Source: Nemertoderma westbladi (taxonomy: Eukaryota; Animalia; Xenacoelomorpha). Taken from it: a DNA stretch of 33,051 nucleotides. Position numbers and translations under genes: made by a program. The notes beneath the pieces were generated by a model. The model ran no database searches and was not told the DNA's origin. It worked only from the letters and a program-made list of their open reading frames with translations. The stretch covers positions 1 through 33,051 of the forward strand of contig JAUCBJ010005955.1 in the NCBI GenBank assembly GCA_032718475.1, written 5' to 3'. Position 1 is the first letter of the stretch. Every line of letters begins with the position of its first letter. Shown piece by piece: positions 1 through 14,900 of this stretch.

Positions 1-3000
1 CTACTTACTACATGTTCATAATGTAGTGTATTCCTTTATTATTGATACTTATTCGTGTTCTTTGCTACTTACTACATGTTCATAATGTAGTGTATTCCTT
101 TATTATTGATACTTATTCGTGTTCTTTGCTACTTACTACATGTTCATAATGTAGTGTATTCCTTTATTATTGATACTTATTCGTGTTCTTTGCTACTTAC
201 TACTTGTTCATAATGTAGTGTATTCCTTTATTATTGATACTTATTCGTGTTCTTTGCTACTTACTACATGTTCATAATGTAGTGTATTCCTTTATTATTG
301 ATACTTATTCGTGTTCTTTGCTACTTACTACATGTTCATAATGTAGTGTATTCCTTTATTATTGATACTTATTCGTGTTCTTTGCTACTTACTACATGTT
401 CATAATGTAGTGTATTCCTTTATTATTGATACTTATTCGTGTTCTTTGCTACTTACTACATGTTCATAATGTAGTGTATTCCTTTATTATTGATACTTAT
501 TCGTGTTCTTTGCTACTTACTACATGTTCATAATGTAGTGTATTCCTTTATTATTGATACTTATTCGTGTTCTTTGCTACTTACTACATGTTCATAATGT
601 AGTGTATTCCTTTATTATTGATACTTATTCGTGTTCTTTGCTACTTACTACATGTTCATAATGTAGTGTATTCCTTTATTATTGATACTTATTCGTGTTC
701 TTTGCTACTTACTACTTGTTCATAATGTAGTGTATTCCTTTATTATTGATACTTATTCGTGTTCTTTGCTACTTACTACATGTTCATAATGTAGTGTATT
801 CCTTTATTATTGATACTTATTCGTGTTCTTTGCTACTTACTACTTGTTCATAATGTAGTGTATTCCTTTATTATTGATACTTATTCGTGTTCTTTGCTAC
901 TTACTACATGTTCATAATGTAGTGTATTCCTTTATTATTGATACTTATTCGTGTTCTTTGCTACTTACTACTTGTTCATAATGTAGTGTATTCCTTTATT
1001 ATTGATACTTATTCGTGTTCTTTGCTACTTACTACATGTTCATAATGTAGTGTATTCCTTTATTATTGATACTTATTCGTGTTCTTTGCTACTTACTACA
1101 TGTTCATATGTAGTGTATTCCTTTATTATTGATACTTATTCGTGTTCTTTGCTACTTACTACATGTTCATAATGTAGTGTATTCCTTTATTATTGATACT
1201 TATTCGTGTTCTTTGCTACTTACTACATGTTCATAATGTAGTGTATTCCTTTATTATTGATACTTATTCGTGTTCTTTGCTACTTACTACATGTTCATAA
1301 TGTAGTGTATTCCTTTATTATTGATACTTATTCGTGTTCTTTGCTACTTACTACATGTTCATAATGTAGTGTATTCCTTTATTATTGATACTTATTCGTG
1401 TTCTTTGCTACTTACTACATGTTCATATGTAGTGTATTCCTTTATTATTGATACTTATTCGTGTTCTTTGCTACTTACTACATGTTCATAATGTAGTGTA
1501 TTCCTTTATTATTGATACTTATTCGTGTTCTTTGCTACTTACTACTTGTTCATAATGTAGTGTATTCCTTTATTATTGATACTTATTCGTGTTCTTTGCT
1601 ACTTACTACATGTTCATATGTAGTGTATTCCTTTATTATTGATACTTATTCGTGTTCTTTGCTACTTACTACTTGTTCATAATGTAGTGTATTCCTTTAT
1701 TATTGATACTTATTCGTGTTCTTTGCTACTTACTACATGTTCATAATGTAGTGTATTCCTTTATTATTGATACTTATTCGTGTTCTTTGCTACTTACTAC
1801 TTGTTCATAATGTAGTGTATTCCTTTATTATTGATACTTATTCGTGTTCTTTGCTACTTACTACATGTTCATAATGTAGTGTATTCCTTTATTATTGATA
1901 CTTATTCGTGTTCTTTGCTACTTACTACATGTTCATAATGTAGTGTATTCCTTTATTATTGATACTTATTCGTGTTCTTTGCTACTTACTACATGTTCAT
2001 ATGTAGTGTATTCCTTTATTATTGATACTTATTCGTGTTCTTTGCTACTTACTACATGTTCATAATGTAGTGTATTCCTTTATTATTGATACTTATTCGT
2101 GTTCTTTGCTACTTACTACATGTTCATAATGTAGTGTATTCCTTTATTATTGATACTTATTCGTGTTCTTTGCTACTTACTACATGTTCATAATGTAGTG
2201 TATTCCTTTATTATTGATACTTATTCGTGTTCTTTGCTACTTACTACTTGTTCATAATGTAGTGTATTCCTTTATTATTGATACTTATTCGTGTTCTTTG
2301 CTACTTACTACATGTTCATAATGTAGTGTATTCCTTTATTATTGATACTTATTCGTGTTCTTTGCTACTTACTTACATGTTCATAATGTAGTGTATTCCT
2401 TTATTATTGATACTTATTCGTGTTCTTTGCTACTTACTACATGTTCATAATGTAGTGTATTCCTTTATTATTGATACTTATTCGTGTTCTTTGCTACTTA
2501 CTACATGTTCATAATGTAGTGTATTCCTTTATTATTGATACTTATTCGTGTTCTTTGCTACTTACTACATGTTCATAATGTAGTGTATTCCTTTATTATT
2601 GATACTTATTCGTGTTCTTTGCTACTTACTACATGTTCATATGTAGTGTATTCCTTTATTATTGATACTTATTCGTGTTCTTTGCTACTTACTACATGTT
2701 CATAATGTAGTGTATTCCTTTATTATTGATACTTATTCGTGTTCTTTGCTACTTACTACATGTTCATATGTAGTGTATTCCTTTATTATTGATACTTATT
2801 CGTGTTCTTTGCTACTTACTACTTGTTCATAATGTAGTGTATTCCTTTATTATTGATACTTATTCGTGTTCTTTGCTACTTACTACATGTTCATAATGTA
2901 GTGTATTCCTTTATTATTGATACTTATTCGTGTTCTTTGCTACTTACTACATGTTCATAATGTAGTGTATTCCTTTATTATTGATACTTATTCGTGTTCT

Positions 3001-6000
3001 TTGCTACTTACTACATGTTCATAATGTAGTGTATTCCTTTATTATTGATACTTATTCGTGTTCTTTGCTACTTACTACATGTTCATAATGTAGTGTATTC
3101 CTTTATTATTGATACTTATTCGTGTTCTTTGCTACTTACTACTTGTTCATAATGTAGTGTATTCCTTTATTATTGATACTTATTCGTGTTCTTTGCTACT
3201 TACTACATGTTCATAATGTAGTGTATTCCTTTATTATTGATACTTATTCGTGTTCTTTGCTACTTACTACTTGTTCATAATGTAGTGTATTCCTTTATTA
3301 TTGATACTTATTCGTGTTCTTTGCTACTTACTACATGTTCATAATGTAGTGTATTCCTTTATTATTGATACTTATTCGTGTTCTTTGCTACTTACTACAT
3401 GTTCATAATGTAGTGTATTCCTTTATTATTGATACTTATTCGTGTTCTTTGCTACTTACTACATGTTCATATGTAGTGTATTCCTTTATTATTGATACTT
3501 ATTCGTGTTCTTTGCTACTTACTACTTGTTCATAATGTAGTGTATTCCTTTATTATTGATACTTATTCGTGTTCTTTGCTACTTACTACATGTTCATAAT
3601 GTAGTGTATTCCTTTATTATTGATACTTATTCGTGTTCTTTGCTACTTACTACTTGTTCATAATGTAGTGTATTCCTTTATTATTGATACTTATTCGTGT
3701 TCTTTGCTACTTACTACTTGTTCATATGTAGTGTATTCCTTTATTATTGATACTTATTCGTGTTCTTTGCTACTTACTACATGTTCATAATGTAGTGTAT
3801 TCCTTTATTATTGATACTTATTCGTGTTCTTTGCTACTTACTACTTGTTCATAATGTAGTGTATTCCTTTATTATTGATACTTATTCGTGTTCTTTGCTA
3901 CTTACTACATGTTCATATGTAGTGTATTCCTTTATTATTGATACTTATTCGTGTTCTTTGCTACTTACTTACTTGTTCATATGTAGTGTATTCCTTTATT
4001 ATTGATACTTATTCGTGTTCTTTGCTACTTACTACATGTTCATATGTAGTGTATTCCTTTATTATTGATACTTATTCGTGTTCTTTGCTACTTACTACTT
4101 GTTCATAATGTAGTGTATTCCTTTATTATTGATACTTATTCGTGTTCTTTGCTACTTACTACATGTTCATATGTAGTGTATTCCTTTATTATTGATACTT
4201 ATTCGTGTTCTTTGCTACTTATTACTTGTTCATAATGTAGTGTATTCCTTTATTATTGATACTTATTCGTGTTCTTTGCTACTTACTACATGTTCATATG
4301 TAGTGTATTCCTTTATTATTGATACTTATTCGTGTTCTTTGCTACTTACTTACTTGTTCATATGTAGTGTATTCCTTTATTATTGATACTTATTCGTGTT
4401 CTTTGCTACTTATTACTTGTTCATATGTAGTGTATTCCTTTATTATTGATACTTATTCGTGTTCTTTGCTACTTATTACTTGTTCATATGTAGTGTATTC
4501 CTTTATTATTGATACTTATTCGTGTTCTTTGCTACTTACTACTTGTTCATATGTAGTGTATTCCTTTATTATTGATACTTATTCGTGTTCTTTGCTACTT
4601 ATTACTTGTTCATATGTAGTGTATTCCTTTATTATTGATACTTATTCGTGTTCTTTGCTACTTACTTACTTGTTCATATGTAGTGTATTCCTTTATTATT
4701 GATACTTATTCGTGTTCTTTGCTACTTATTACTTGTTCATATGTAGTGTATTCCTTTATTATTGATACTTATTCGTGTTCTTTGCTACTTACTTACTTGT
4801 TCATAATGTAGTGTATTCCTTTATTATTGATACTTATTCGTGTTCTTTGCTACTTATTACTTGTTCATATGTAGTGTATTCCTTTATTATTGATACTTAT
4901 TCGTGTTCTTTGCTACTTACTACTTGTTCATATGTAGTGTATTCCTTTATTATTGATACTTATTCGTGTTCTTTGCTACTTATTACTTGTTCATATGTAG
5001 TGTATTCCTTTATTATTGATACTTATTCGTGTTCTTTGCTACTTACTTACTTGTTCATATGTAGTGTATTCCTTTATTATTGATACTTATTCGTGTTCTT
5101 TGCTACTTATTACTTGTTCATAATGTAGTGTATTCCTTTATTATTGATACTTATTCGTGTTCTTTGCTACTTATTACTTGTTCATATGTAGTGTATTCCT
5201 TTATTATTGATACTTATTCGTGTTCTTTGCTACTTATTACTTGTTCATATGTAGTGTATTCCTTTATTATTGATACTTATTCGTGTTCTTTGCTACTTAC
5301 TTACTTGTTCATATGTAGTGTATTCCTTTATTATTGATACTTATTCGTGTTCTTTGCTACTTATTACTTGTTCATATGTAGTGTATTCCTTTATTATTGA
5401 TACTTATTCGTGTTCTTTGCTACTTATTACTTGTTCATATGTAGTGTATTCCTTTATTATTGATACTTATTCGTGTTCTTTGCTACTTATTACTTGTTCA
5501 TATGTAGTGTATTCCTTTATTATTGATACTTATTCGTGTTCTTTGCTACTTATTACTTGTTCATATGTAGTGTATTCCTTTATTATTGATACTTATTCGT
5601 GTTCTTTGCTACTTATTACTTGTTCATATGTAGTGTATTCCTTTATTATTGATACTTATTCGTGTTCTTTGCTACTTATTACTTGTTCATATGTAGTGTA
5701 TTCCTTTATTATTGATACTTATTCGTGTTCTTTGCTACTTATTACTTGTTCATATGTAGTGTATTCCTTTATTATTGATACTTATTCGTGTTCTTTGCTA
5801 CTTATTACTTGTTCATATGTAGTGTATTCCTTTATTATTGATACTTATTCGTGTTCTTTGCTACTTATTACTTGTTCATATGTAGTGTATTCCTTTATTA
5901 TTGATACTTATTCGTGTTCTTTGCTACTTATTACTTGTTCATATGTAGTGTATTCCTTTATTATTGATACTTATTCGTGTTCTTTGCTACTTATTACTTG

Positions 6001-9000
6001 TTCATATGTAGTGTATTCCTTTATTATTGATACTTATTCGTGTTCTTTGCTACTTATTACTTGTTCATATGTAGTGTATTCCTTTATTATTGATACTTAT
6101 TCGTGTTCTTTGCTACTTATTACTTGTTCATATGTAGTGTATTCCTTTATTATTGATACTTATTCGTGTTCTTTGCTACTTATTACTTGTTCATATGTAG
6201 TGTATTCCTTTATTATTGATACTTATTCGTGTTCTTTGCTACTTATTACTTGTTCATATGTAGTGTATTCCTTTATTATTGATACTTATTCGTGTTCTTT
6301 GCTACTTATTACTTGTTCATATGTAGTGTATTCCTTTATTATTGATACTTATTCGTGTTCTTTGCTACTTATTACTTGTTCATATGTAGTGTATTCCTTT
6401 ATTATTGATACTTATTCGTGTTCTTTGCTACTTATTACTTGTTCATATGTAGTGTATTCCTTTATTATTGATACTTATTCGTGTTCTTTGCTACTTATTA
6501 CTTGTTTCATATGTAGTGTATTCCTTTATTATTGATACTTATTCGTGTTCTTTGCTACTTATTACTTGTTCATATGTAGTGTATTCCTTTATTATTGATA
6601 CTTATTCGTGTTCTTTGCTACTTATTACTTGTTCATATGTAGTGTATTCCTTTATTATTGATACTTATTCGTGTTCTTTGCTACTTACTTACTTGTTCAT
6701 ATGTAGTGTATTCCTTTATTATTGATACTTATTCGTGTTCTTTGCTACTTATTACTTGTTCATATGTAGTGTATTCCTTTATTATTGATACTTATTCGTG
6801 TTCTTTGCTACTTATTACTTGTTCATATGTAGTGTATTCCTTTATTATTGATACTTATTCGTGTTCTTTGCTACTTATTACTTGTTCATATGTAGTGTAT
6901 TCCTTTATTATTGATACTTATTCGTGTTCTTTGCTACTTATTACTTGTTCATATGTAGTGTATTCCTTTATTATTGATACTTATTCGTGTTCTTTGCTAC
7001 TTATTACTTGTTCATATGTAGTGTATTCCTTTATTATTGATACTTATTCGTGTTCTTTGCTACTTATTACTTGTTCATATGTAGTGTATTCCTTTATTAT
7101 TGATACTTATTCGTGTTCTTTGCTACTTATTACTTGTTCATATGTAGTGTATTCCTTTATTATTGATACTTATTCGTGTTCTTTGCTACTTATTACTTGT
7201 TCATATGTAGTGTATTCCTTTATTATTGATACTTATTCGTGTTCTTTGCTACTTATTACTTGTTCATATGTAGTGTATTCCTTTATTATTGATACTTATT
7301 CGTGTTCTTTGCTACTTACTACTTGTTCATATGTAGTGTATTCCTTTATTATTGATACTTATTCGTGTTCTTTGCTACTTATTACTTGTTCATATGTAGT
7401 GTATTCCTTTATTATTGATACTTATTCGTGTTCTTTGCTACTTATTACTTGTTCATATGTAGTGTATTCCTTTATTATTGATACTTATTCGTGTTCTTTG
7501 CTACTTATTACTTGTTCATATGTAGTGTATTCCTTTATTATTGATACTTATTCGTGTTCTTTGCTACTTATTACTTGTTCATATGTAGTGTATTCCTTTA
7601 TTATTGATACTTATTCGTGTTCTTTGCTACTTATTACTTGTTCATATGTAGTGTATTCCTTTATTATTGATACTTATTCGTGTTCTTTGCTACTTATTAC
7701 TTGTTCATATGTAGTGTATTCCTTTATTATTGATACTTATTCGTGTTCTTTGCTACTTATTACTTGTTCATATGTAGTGTATTCCTTTATTATTGATACT
7801 TATTCGTGTTCTTTGCTACTTATTACTTGTTCATATGTAGTGTATTCCTTTATTATTGATACTTATTCGTGTTCTTTGCTACTTATTACTTGTTCATATG
7901 TAGTGTATTCCTTTATTATTGATACTTATTCGTGTTCTTTGCTACTTATTACTTGTTCATATGTAGTGTATTCCTTTATTATTGATACTTATTCGTGTTC
8001 TTTGCTACTTATTACTTGTTCATATGTAGTGTATTCCTTTATTATTGATACTTATTCGTGTTCTTTGCTACTTATTACTTGTTCATATGTAGTGTATTCC
8101 TTTATTATTGATACTTATTCGTGTTCTTTGCTACTTATTACTTGTTCATATGTAGTGTATTCCTTTATTATTGATACTTATTCGTGTTCTTTGCTACTTA
8201 TTACTTGTTCATATGTAGTGTATTCCTTTATTATTGATACTTATTCGTGTTCTTTGCTACTTATTACTTGTTCATATGTAGTGTATTCCTTTATTATTGA
8301 TACTTATTCGTGTTCTTTGCTACTTATTACTTGTTCATATGTAGTGTATTCCTTTATTATTGATACTTATTCGTGTTCTTTGCTACTTATTACTTGTTCA
8401 TATGTAGTGTATTCCTTTATTATTGATACTTATTCGTGTTCTTTGCTACTTATTACTTGTTCATATGTAGTGTATTCCTTTATTATTGATACTTATTCGT
8501 GTTCTTTGCTACTTATTACTTGTTCATATGTAGTGTATTCCTTTATTATTGATACTTATTCGTGTTCTTTGCTACTTATTACTTGTTCATATGTAGTGTA
8601 TTCCTTTATTATTGATACTTATTCGTGTTCTTTGCTACTTATTACTTGTTCATATGTAGTGTATTCCTTTATTATTGATACTTATTCGTGTTCTTTGCTA
8701 CTTATTACTTGTTCATATGTAGTGTATTCCTTTATTATTGATACTTATTCGTGTTCTTTGCTACTTATTACTTGTTCATATGTAGTGTATTCCTTTATTA
8801 TTGATACTTATTCGTGTTCTTTGCTACTTATTACTTGTTCATATGTAGTGTATTCCTTTATTATTGATACTTATTCGTGTTCTTTGCTACTTATTACTTG
8901 TTCATATGTAGTGTATTCCTTTATTATTGATACTTATTCGTGTTCTTTGCTACTTATTACTTGTTCATATGTAGTGTATTCCTTTATTATTGATACTTAT

Positions 9001-11904
9001 TCGTGTTCTTTGCTACTTATTACTTGTTCATATGTAGTGTATTCCTTTATTATTGATACTTATTCGTGTTCTTTGCTACTTATTACTTGTTCATATGTAG
9101 TGTATTCCTTTATTATTGATACTTATTCGTGTTCTTTGCTACTTATTACTTGTTCATATGTAGTGTATTCCTTTATTATTGATACTTATTCGTGTTCTTT
9201 GCTACTTATTACTTGTTCATATGTAGTGTATTCCTTTATTATTGATACTTATTCGTGTTCTTTGCTACTTATTACTTGTTCATATGTAGTGTATTCCTTT
9301 ATTATTGATACTTATTCGTGTTCTTTGCTACTTATTACTTGTTCATATGTAGTGTATTCCTTTATTATTGATACTTATTCGTGTTCTTTGCTACTTATTA
9401 CTTGTTCATATGTAGTGTATTCCTTTATTATTGATACTTATTCGTGTTCTTTGCTACTTATTACTTGTTCATATGTAGTGTATTCCTTTATTATTGATAC
9501 TTATTCGTGTTCTTTGCTACTTATTACTTGTTCATATGTAGTGTATTCCTTTATTATTGATACTTATTCGTGTTCTTTGCTACTTATTACTTGTTCATAT
9601 GTAGTGTATTCCTTTATTATTGATACTTATTCGTGTTCTTTGCTACTTATTACTTGTTCATATGTAGTGTATTCCTTTATTATTGATACTTATTCGTGTT
9701 CTTTGCTACTTATTACTTGTTCATATGTAGTGTATTCCTTTATTATTGATACTTATTCGTGTTCTTTGCTACTTATTACTTGTTCATATGTAGTGTATTC
9801 CTTTATTATTGATACTTATTCGTGTTCTTTGCTACTTATTACTTGTTCATATGTAGTGTATTCCTTTATTATTGATACTTATTCGTGTTCTTTGCTACTT
9901 ATTACTTGTTCATATGTAGTGTATTCCTTTATTATTGATACTTATTCGTGTTCTTTGCTACTTATTACTTGTTCATATGTAGTGTATTCCTTTATTATTG
10001 ATACTTATTCGTGTTCTTTGCTACTTATTACTTGTTCATATGTAGTGTATTCCTTTATTATTGATACTTATTCGTGTTCTTTGCTACTTATTACTTGTTC
10101 ATATGTAGTGTATTCCTTTATTATTGATACTTATTCGTGTTCTTTGCTACTTATTACTTGTTCATATGTAGTGTATTCCTTTATTATTGATACTTATTCG
10201 TGTTCTTTGCTACTTATTACTTGTTCATATGTAGTGTATTCCTTTATTATTGATACTTATTCGTGTTCTTTGCTACTTATTACTTGTTCATATGTAGTGT
10301 ATTCCTTTATTATTGATACTTATTCGTGTTCTTTGCTACTTATTACTTGTTCATATGTAGTGTATTCCTTTATTATTGATACTTATTCGTGTTCTTTGCT
10401 ACTTATTACTTGTTCATATGTAGTGTATTCCTTTATTATTGATACTTATTCGTGTTCTTTGCTACTTATTACTTGTTCATATGTAGTGTATTCCTTTATT
10501 ATTGATACTTATTCGTGTTCTTTGCTACTTATTACTTGTTCATATGTAGTGTATTCCTTTATTATTGATACTTATTCGTGTTCTTTGCTACTTATTACTT
10601 GTTCATATGTAGTGTATTCCTTTATTATTGATACTTATTCGTGTTCTTTGCTACTTATTACTTGTTCATATGTAGTGTATTCCTTTATTATTGATACTTA
10701 TTCGTGTTCTTTGCTACTTATTACTTGTTCATATGTAGTGTATTCCTTTATTATTGATACTTATTCGTGTTCTTTGCTACTTATTACTTGTTCATATGTA
10801 GTGTATTCCTTTATTATTGATACTTATTCGTGTTCTTTGCTACTTATTACTTGTTCATATGTAGTGTATTCCTTTATTATTGATACTTATTCGTGTTCTT
10901 TGCTACTTATTACTTGTTCATATGTAGTGTATTCCTTTATTATTGATACTTATTCGTGTTCTTTGCTACTTATTACTTGTTCATATGTAGTGTATTCCTT
11001 TATTATTGATACTTATTCGTGTTCTTTGCTACTTATTACTTGTTCATATGTAGTGTATTCCTTTATTATTGATACTTATTCGTGTTCTTTGCTACTTATT
11101 ACTTGTTCATATGTAGTGTATTCCTTTATTATTGATACTTATTCGTGTTCTTTGCTACTTATTACTTGTTCATATGTAGTGTATTCCTTTATTATTGATA
11201 CTTATTCGTGTTCTTTGCTACTTATTACTTGTTCATATGTAGTGTATTCCTTTATTATTGATACTTATTCGTGTTCTTTGCTACTTATTACTTGTTCATA
11301 TGTAGTGTATTCCTTTATTATTGATACTTATTCGTGTTCTTTGCTACTTATTACTTGTTCATATGTAGTGTATTCCTTTATTATTGATACTTATTCGTGT
11401 TCTTTGCTACTTATTACTTGTTCATATGTAGTGTATTCCTTTATTATTGATACTTATTCGTGTTCTTTGCTACTTATTACTTGTTCATATGTAGTGTATT
11501 CCTTTATTATTGATACTTATTCGTGTTCTTTGCTACTTATTACTTGTTCATATGTAGTGTATTCCTTTATTATTGATACTTATTCGTGTTCTTTGCTACT
11601 TATTACTTGTTCATATGTAGTGTATTCCTTTATTATTGATACTTATTCGTGTTCTTTGCTACTTATTACTTGTTCATATGTAGTGTATTCCTTTATTATT
11701 GATACTTATTCGTGTTCTTTGCTACTTATTACTTGTTCATATGTAGTGTATTCCTTTATTATTGATACTTATTCGTGTTCTTTGCTACTTATTACTTGTT
11801 CATATGTAGTGTATTCCTTTATTATTGATACTTATTCGTGTTCTTTGCTACTTATTACTTGTTCATATGTAGTGTATTCCTTTATTATTGATACTTATTC
11901 GTGT
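1..11904. repeat. 63/64-bp tandem satellite, about 188 units, running off the left edge of the window
   Basis: Left variant is 64 bp: CTACTTACTACATGTTCATAATGTAGTGTATTCCTTTATTATTGATACTTATTCGTGTTCTTTG. Right variant is 63 bp: CTACTTATTACTTGTTCATATGTAGTGTATTCCTTTATTATTGATACTTATTCGTGTTCTTTG. The periodicity is read directly and breaks after ...TTATTCGTGT at 11904. Confidence 0.99.
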
Positions 11905-14900
11905 GATTTGCTTACATATAGTACCACTTGTTAGTGCCCTTTGCTCAGTCAGTACCTTTTCGTGTACTTTGCTTACTAAGCATTTGTTCGTATTAGTTTT
12001 GCTTACTAACCACTTGTTCGTGTGCTTTGCTTACTAAGCACTTGTTCGTGTGCTTTGCTTAATAAGAACTGGATCTTGTGCTTTGACTAATTAGCACTTG
12101 TTCATATTTTGCATACTACGCACTTGTTCGTGTGCTTTGATTTCTAAGCACTTGTTCATAATTTGCTTACCAAGCACTTGTTTGTATATTTTGCTTACCA
12201 AGCACTTGTTCGTATATTTTGCTTACTAAGCACTTGTCCGTGTGCTTTGCTTACGAAGAACTTGTTTTTGTGCTTTGCCTACTAAGCACTTGTTCGTATT
12301 TTTTGCCAACTAAGCACTTGTTCGTGTGCTATGCTTACTAAGCACTTGTTCGTATTTTTGCCTACTAAGCACTTGTTCGTGTGCTATGCTTACTAAGCAC
12401 TTGTTCGTATTAGTTTTGCTTACTAACCACTTGTTCGTGTGCTTTGCTTACTAAGCACTTGTTCGTGTGCTTTGCTGAATAAGAACTGGATCTTGTGCTT
12501 TGACTAATTAGCACTTGTTCATATTTTGCATACTACGCACTTGTTTGTGTGCTTTGATTTCTAAGCACTTGTTCATAATTTGCTTACCAAGCACTTGTTT
12601 GTATATTTTGCTTTACCAAGCACTTGTTCGTATATTTTGCTTACTAAGCACTTGTCCGTGTGCTTTGCTTACGAAGAACTTGTTTTTGTGCTTTGCCTAC
12701 TAAGCACTTGTTCGTATTTTTTGCCAACTGAGCACTTGTTCGTGTGCTATGCTTACTAAGCACTTGTTCGTATTTTTGCCTACTAAGCACTTGTTCGTGT
12801 GCTATGCTTACTAAGCACTTGTTCGTGTGCTTTGCTTACTAAGAACTTTTTGGTGTATTTTGCTTACCAAGCACTTGTTCGTATATTTTGCTTACTAAGC
12901 ACCTGTTCGTGTGCTTTGCTTACTAAGAACTTTTTGGTTTATTTTGCTTACCAAGCACTTGTTCGTATATTTTGCTTACTAAGCACCTGTTCGTGTGCTT
13001 TGCTTACGAAGAACTTGTTTTTGTGCTTTGCTTACTAAGAACATTTTGGTGTATTTTGCTTACCAAGCACTTGTTCGTATATTTTGCTTACTAAGCACCT
13101 GTTCGTGTGCTTTGATTACGAAGAACTTTTTGGTGTATTTTGCTTACCAAGCACTTGTTCGTATATTTTGCTTACTAAGCACCTGCTCGTGTGCTTTGCT
13201 TACAAAGAACTTGTTTTTGTGATTTGCTTACTAAGAACTTTTTGGTGTATTTTGCTTACCAAGCACTTGTTCGTATATTTTGCTTACTAAGCACCTGTTC
13301 GTGTGCTTTGCTTACTAAGAACTTTTTGGTGTATTTTGCTTACCAAGCACTTGTTCGTATATTTTGCTTACTAAGCACCTGTTCGTGTGCTTTGCTTACG
13401 AAGAACTTGTTTTTGTGCTTTGCTTACTAAGAACTTTTTGGTGTATTTTGCTTACCAAGCACTTGTTCGTATATTTTGCTTACTAAGCACCTGTTCGTGT
13501 GCTTTGCTTACTAAGAACTTTTTGGTGTATTTTGCTTACCAAGCACTTGTTCGTATATTTTGCTTACTAAGCACCTGTTTTTGTGCTTTGCTTACTAAGA
13601 ACTTTTTGGTGTATTTTGCTTACCAAGCACTTGTTCGTATATTTTGCTTACTAAGCACCTGTTCGTGTGCTTTGCTTACTAAGAACTTTTTGGTGTATTT
13701 TGCTTACCATGCACTTGTTCGTATATTTTGCTTACTAAGCACCTGTTCGTGTGCTTTGCTTACTAAGAACTTTTTGGTGTATTTTGCTTACCGAGCACTT
13801 GTTCGTATATTTTGCTTACTAAGCACCTGTTCGTGTGCTTTGCTTACGAAGAACTTGTTTTTGTGCTTTGCTTACTAAGAACTTTTTGGTGTATTTTGCT
13901 TACCAAGCACTTGTTCGTATATTTTGCTTACTAAGCACCTGTTCGTGTGCTTTGCTTACTAAGAACTTTTTGGTGTATTTTGCTTACCAAGCACTTGTTC
14001 GTATATTTTGCTTACTAAGCACCTGTTCGTGTGCTTTGCTTACGAAGAACTTGTTTTTGTGCTTTGCTTACTGAGAACTTGTTGGTGTATTTTGCTTACC
14101 AAGCACTTGTTCGTATATTTTGCTTACTAAGCACCTGTTCGTGTGCTTTGCTTACTAAGAACTTTTTGGTGTATTTTGCTTACCAAGCACTTGTTCGTAT
14201 ATTTTGCTTACTAAGCACCTGTTCGTGTGCTTTGCTTACGAAGAACTTGTTTTTGTGCTTTGCTTACTAAGAACTTTTTGGTGTATTTTGCTTACCAAGC
14301 ACTTGTTCGTATATTTTGCTTACTAAGCACCTGTTCGTGTGCTTTGCTTACTAAGAACTTTTTGGTGTATTTTTCTTACCAAGCACTTGTTCGTATATTG
14401 TGCTTACTAAGCAACTGTTCGTGTGCTTTGCTTACGAAGAACTTGTTTTTGTGCTTTGCTTACTGATAACTTTTTGGTGTATTTTGCTTACCAAGCACTT
14501 GTTCGTATATTTTGCTTACTAAGCACCTGTTCGTGTGCTTTGCTTACTAAGAACTTTTTGGTGTATTTTGCTTACCAAGCACTTGTTCGTATATTTTGCC
14601 TACTAAGCACCTGTTCGGTTCGTGTGCTTTGCTTACAAAGAACTTGTTTTTGTGCTTTGCTTACTGCGAACTTTTTGGTGTATTTTGCTTACCAAGCACT
14701 TGTTCGTATATTTTGCTTACTAAGCACCTGTTCGTGTGCTTTGTTTACGAAGAACTTGTTTTTGTGCTTTGCTTACTAAGAACTTTTAGGTGTATTTTGC
14801 TTACCAAGCACTTGTTCGTATATTTTGCTTACTAAGCACCTGTTCGTGTGCTTTGCTTACTAAGAACTTTTTGGTGTATTTTGCTTACCAAGCACTTGTT

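Noticed and set aside
3811-11934. Long repetitive ORFs including the 1758-aa and 421-aa calls
   Set aside because: The 63-bp unit is a multiple of 3 and happens to lack a stop in one frame. Starts are TTG/GTG, and 64-bp units break the frame at random.
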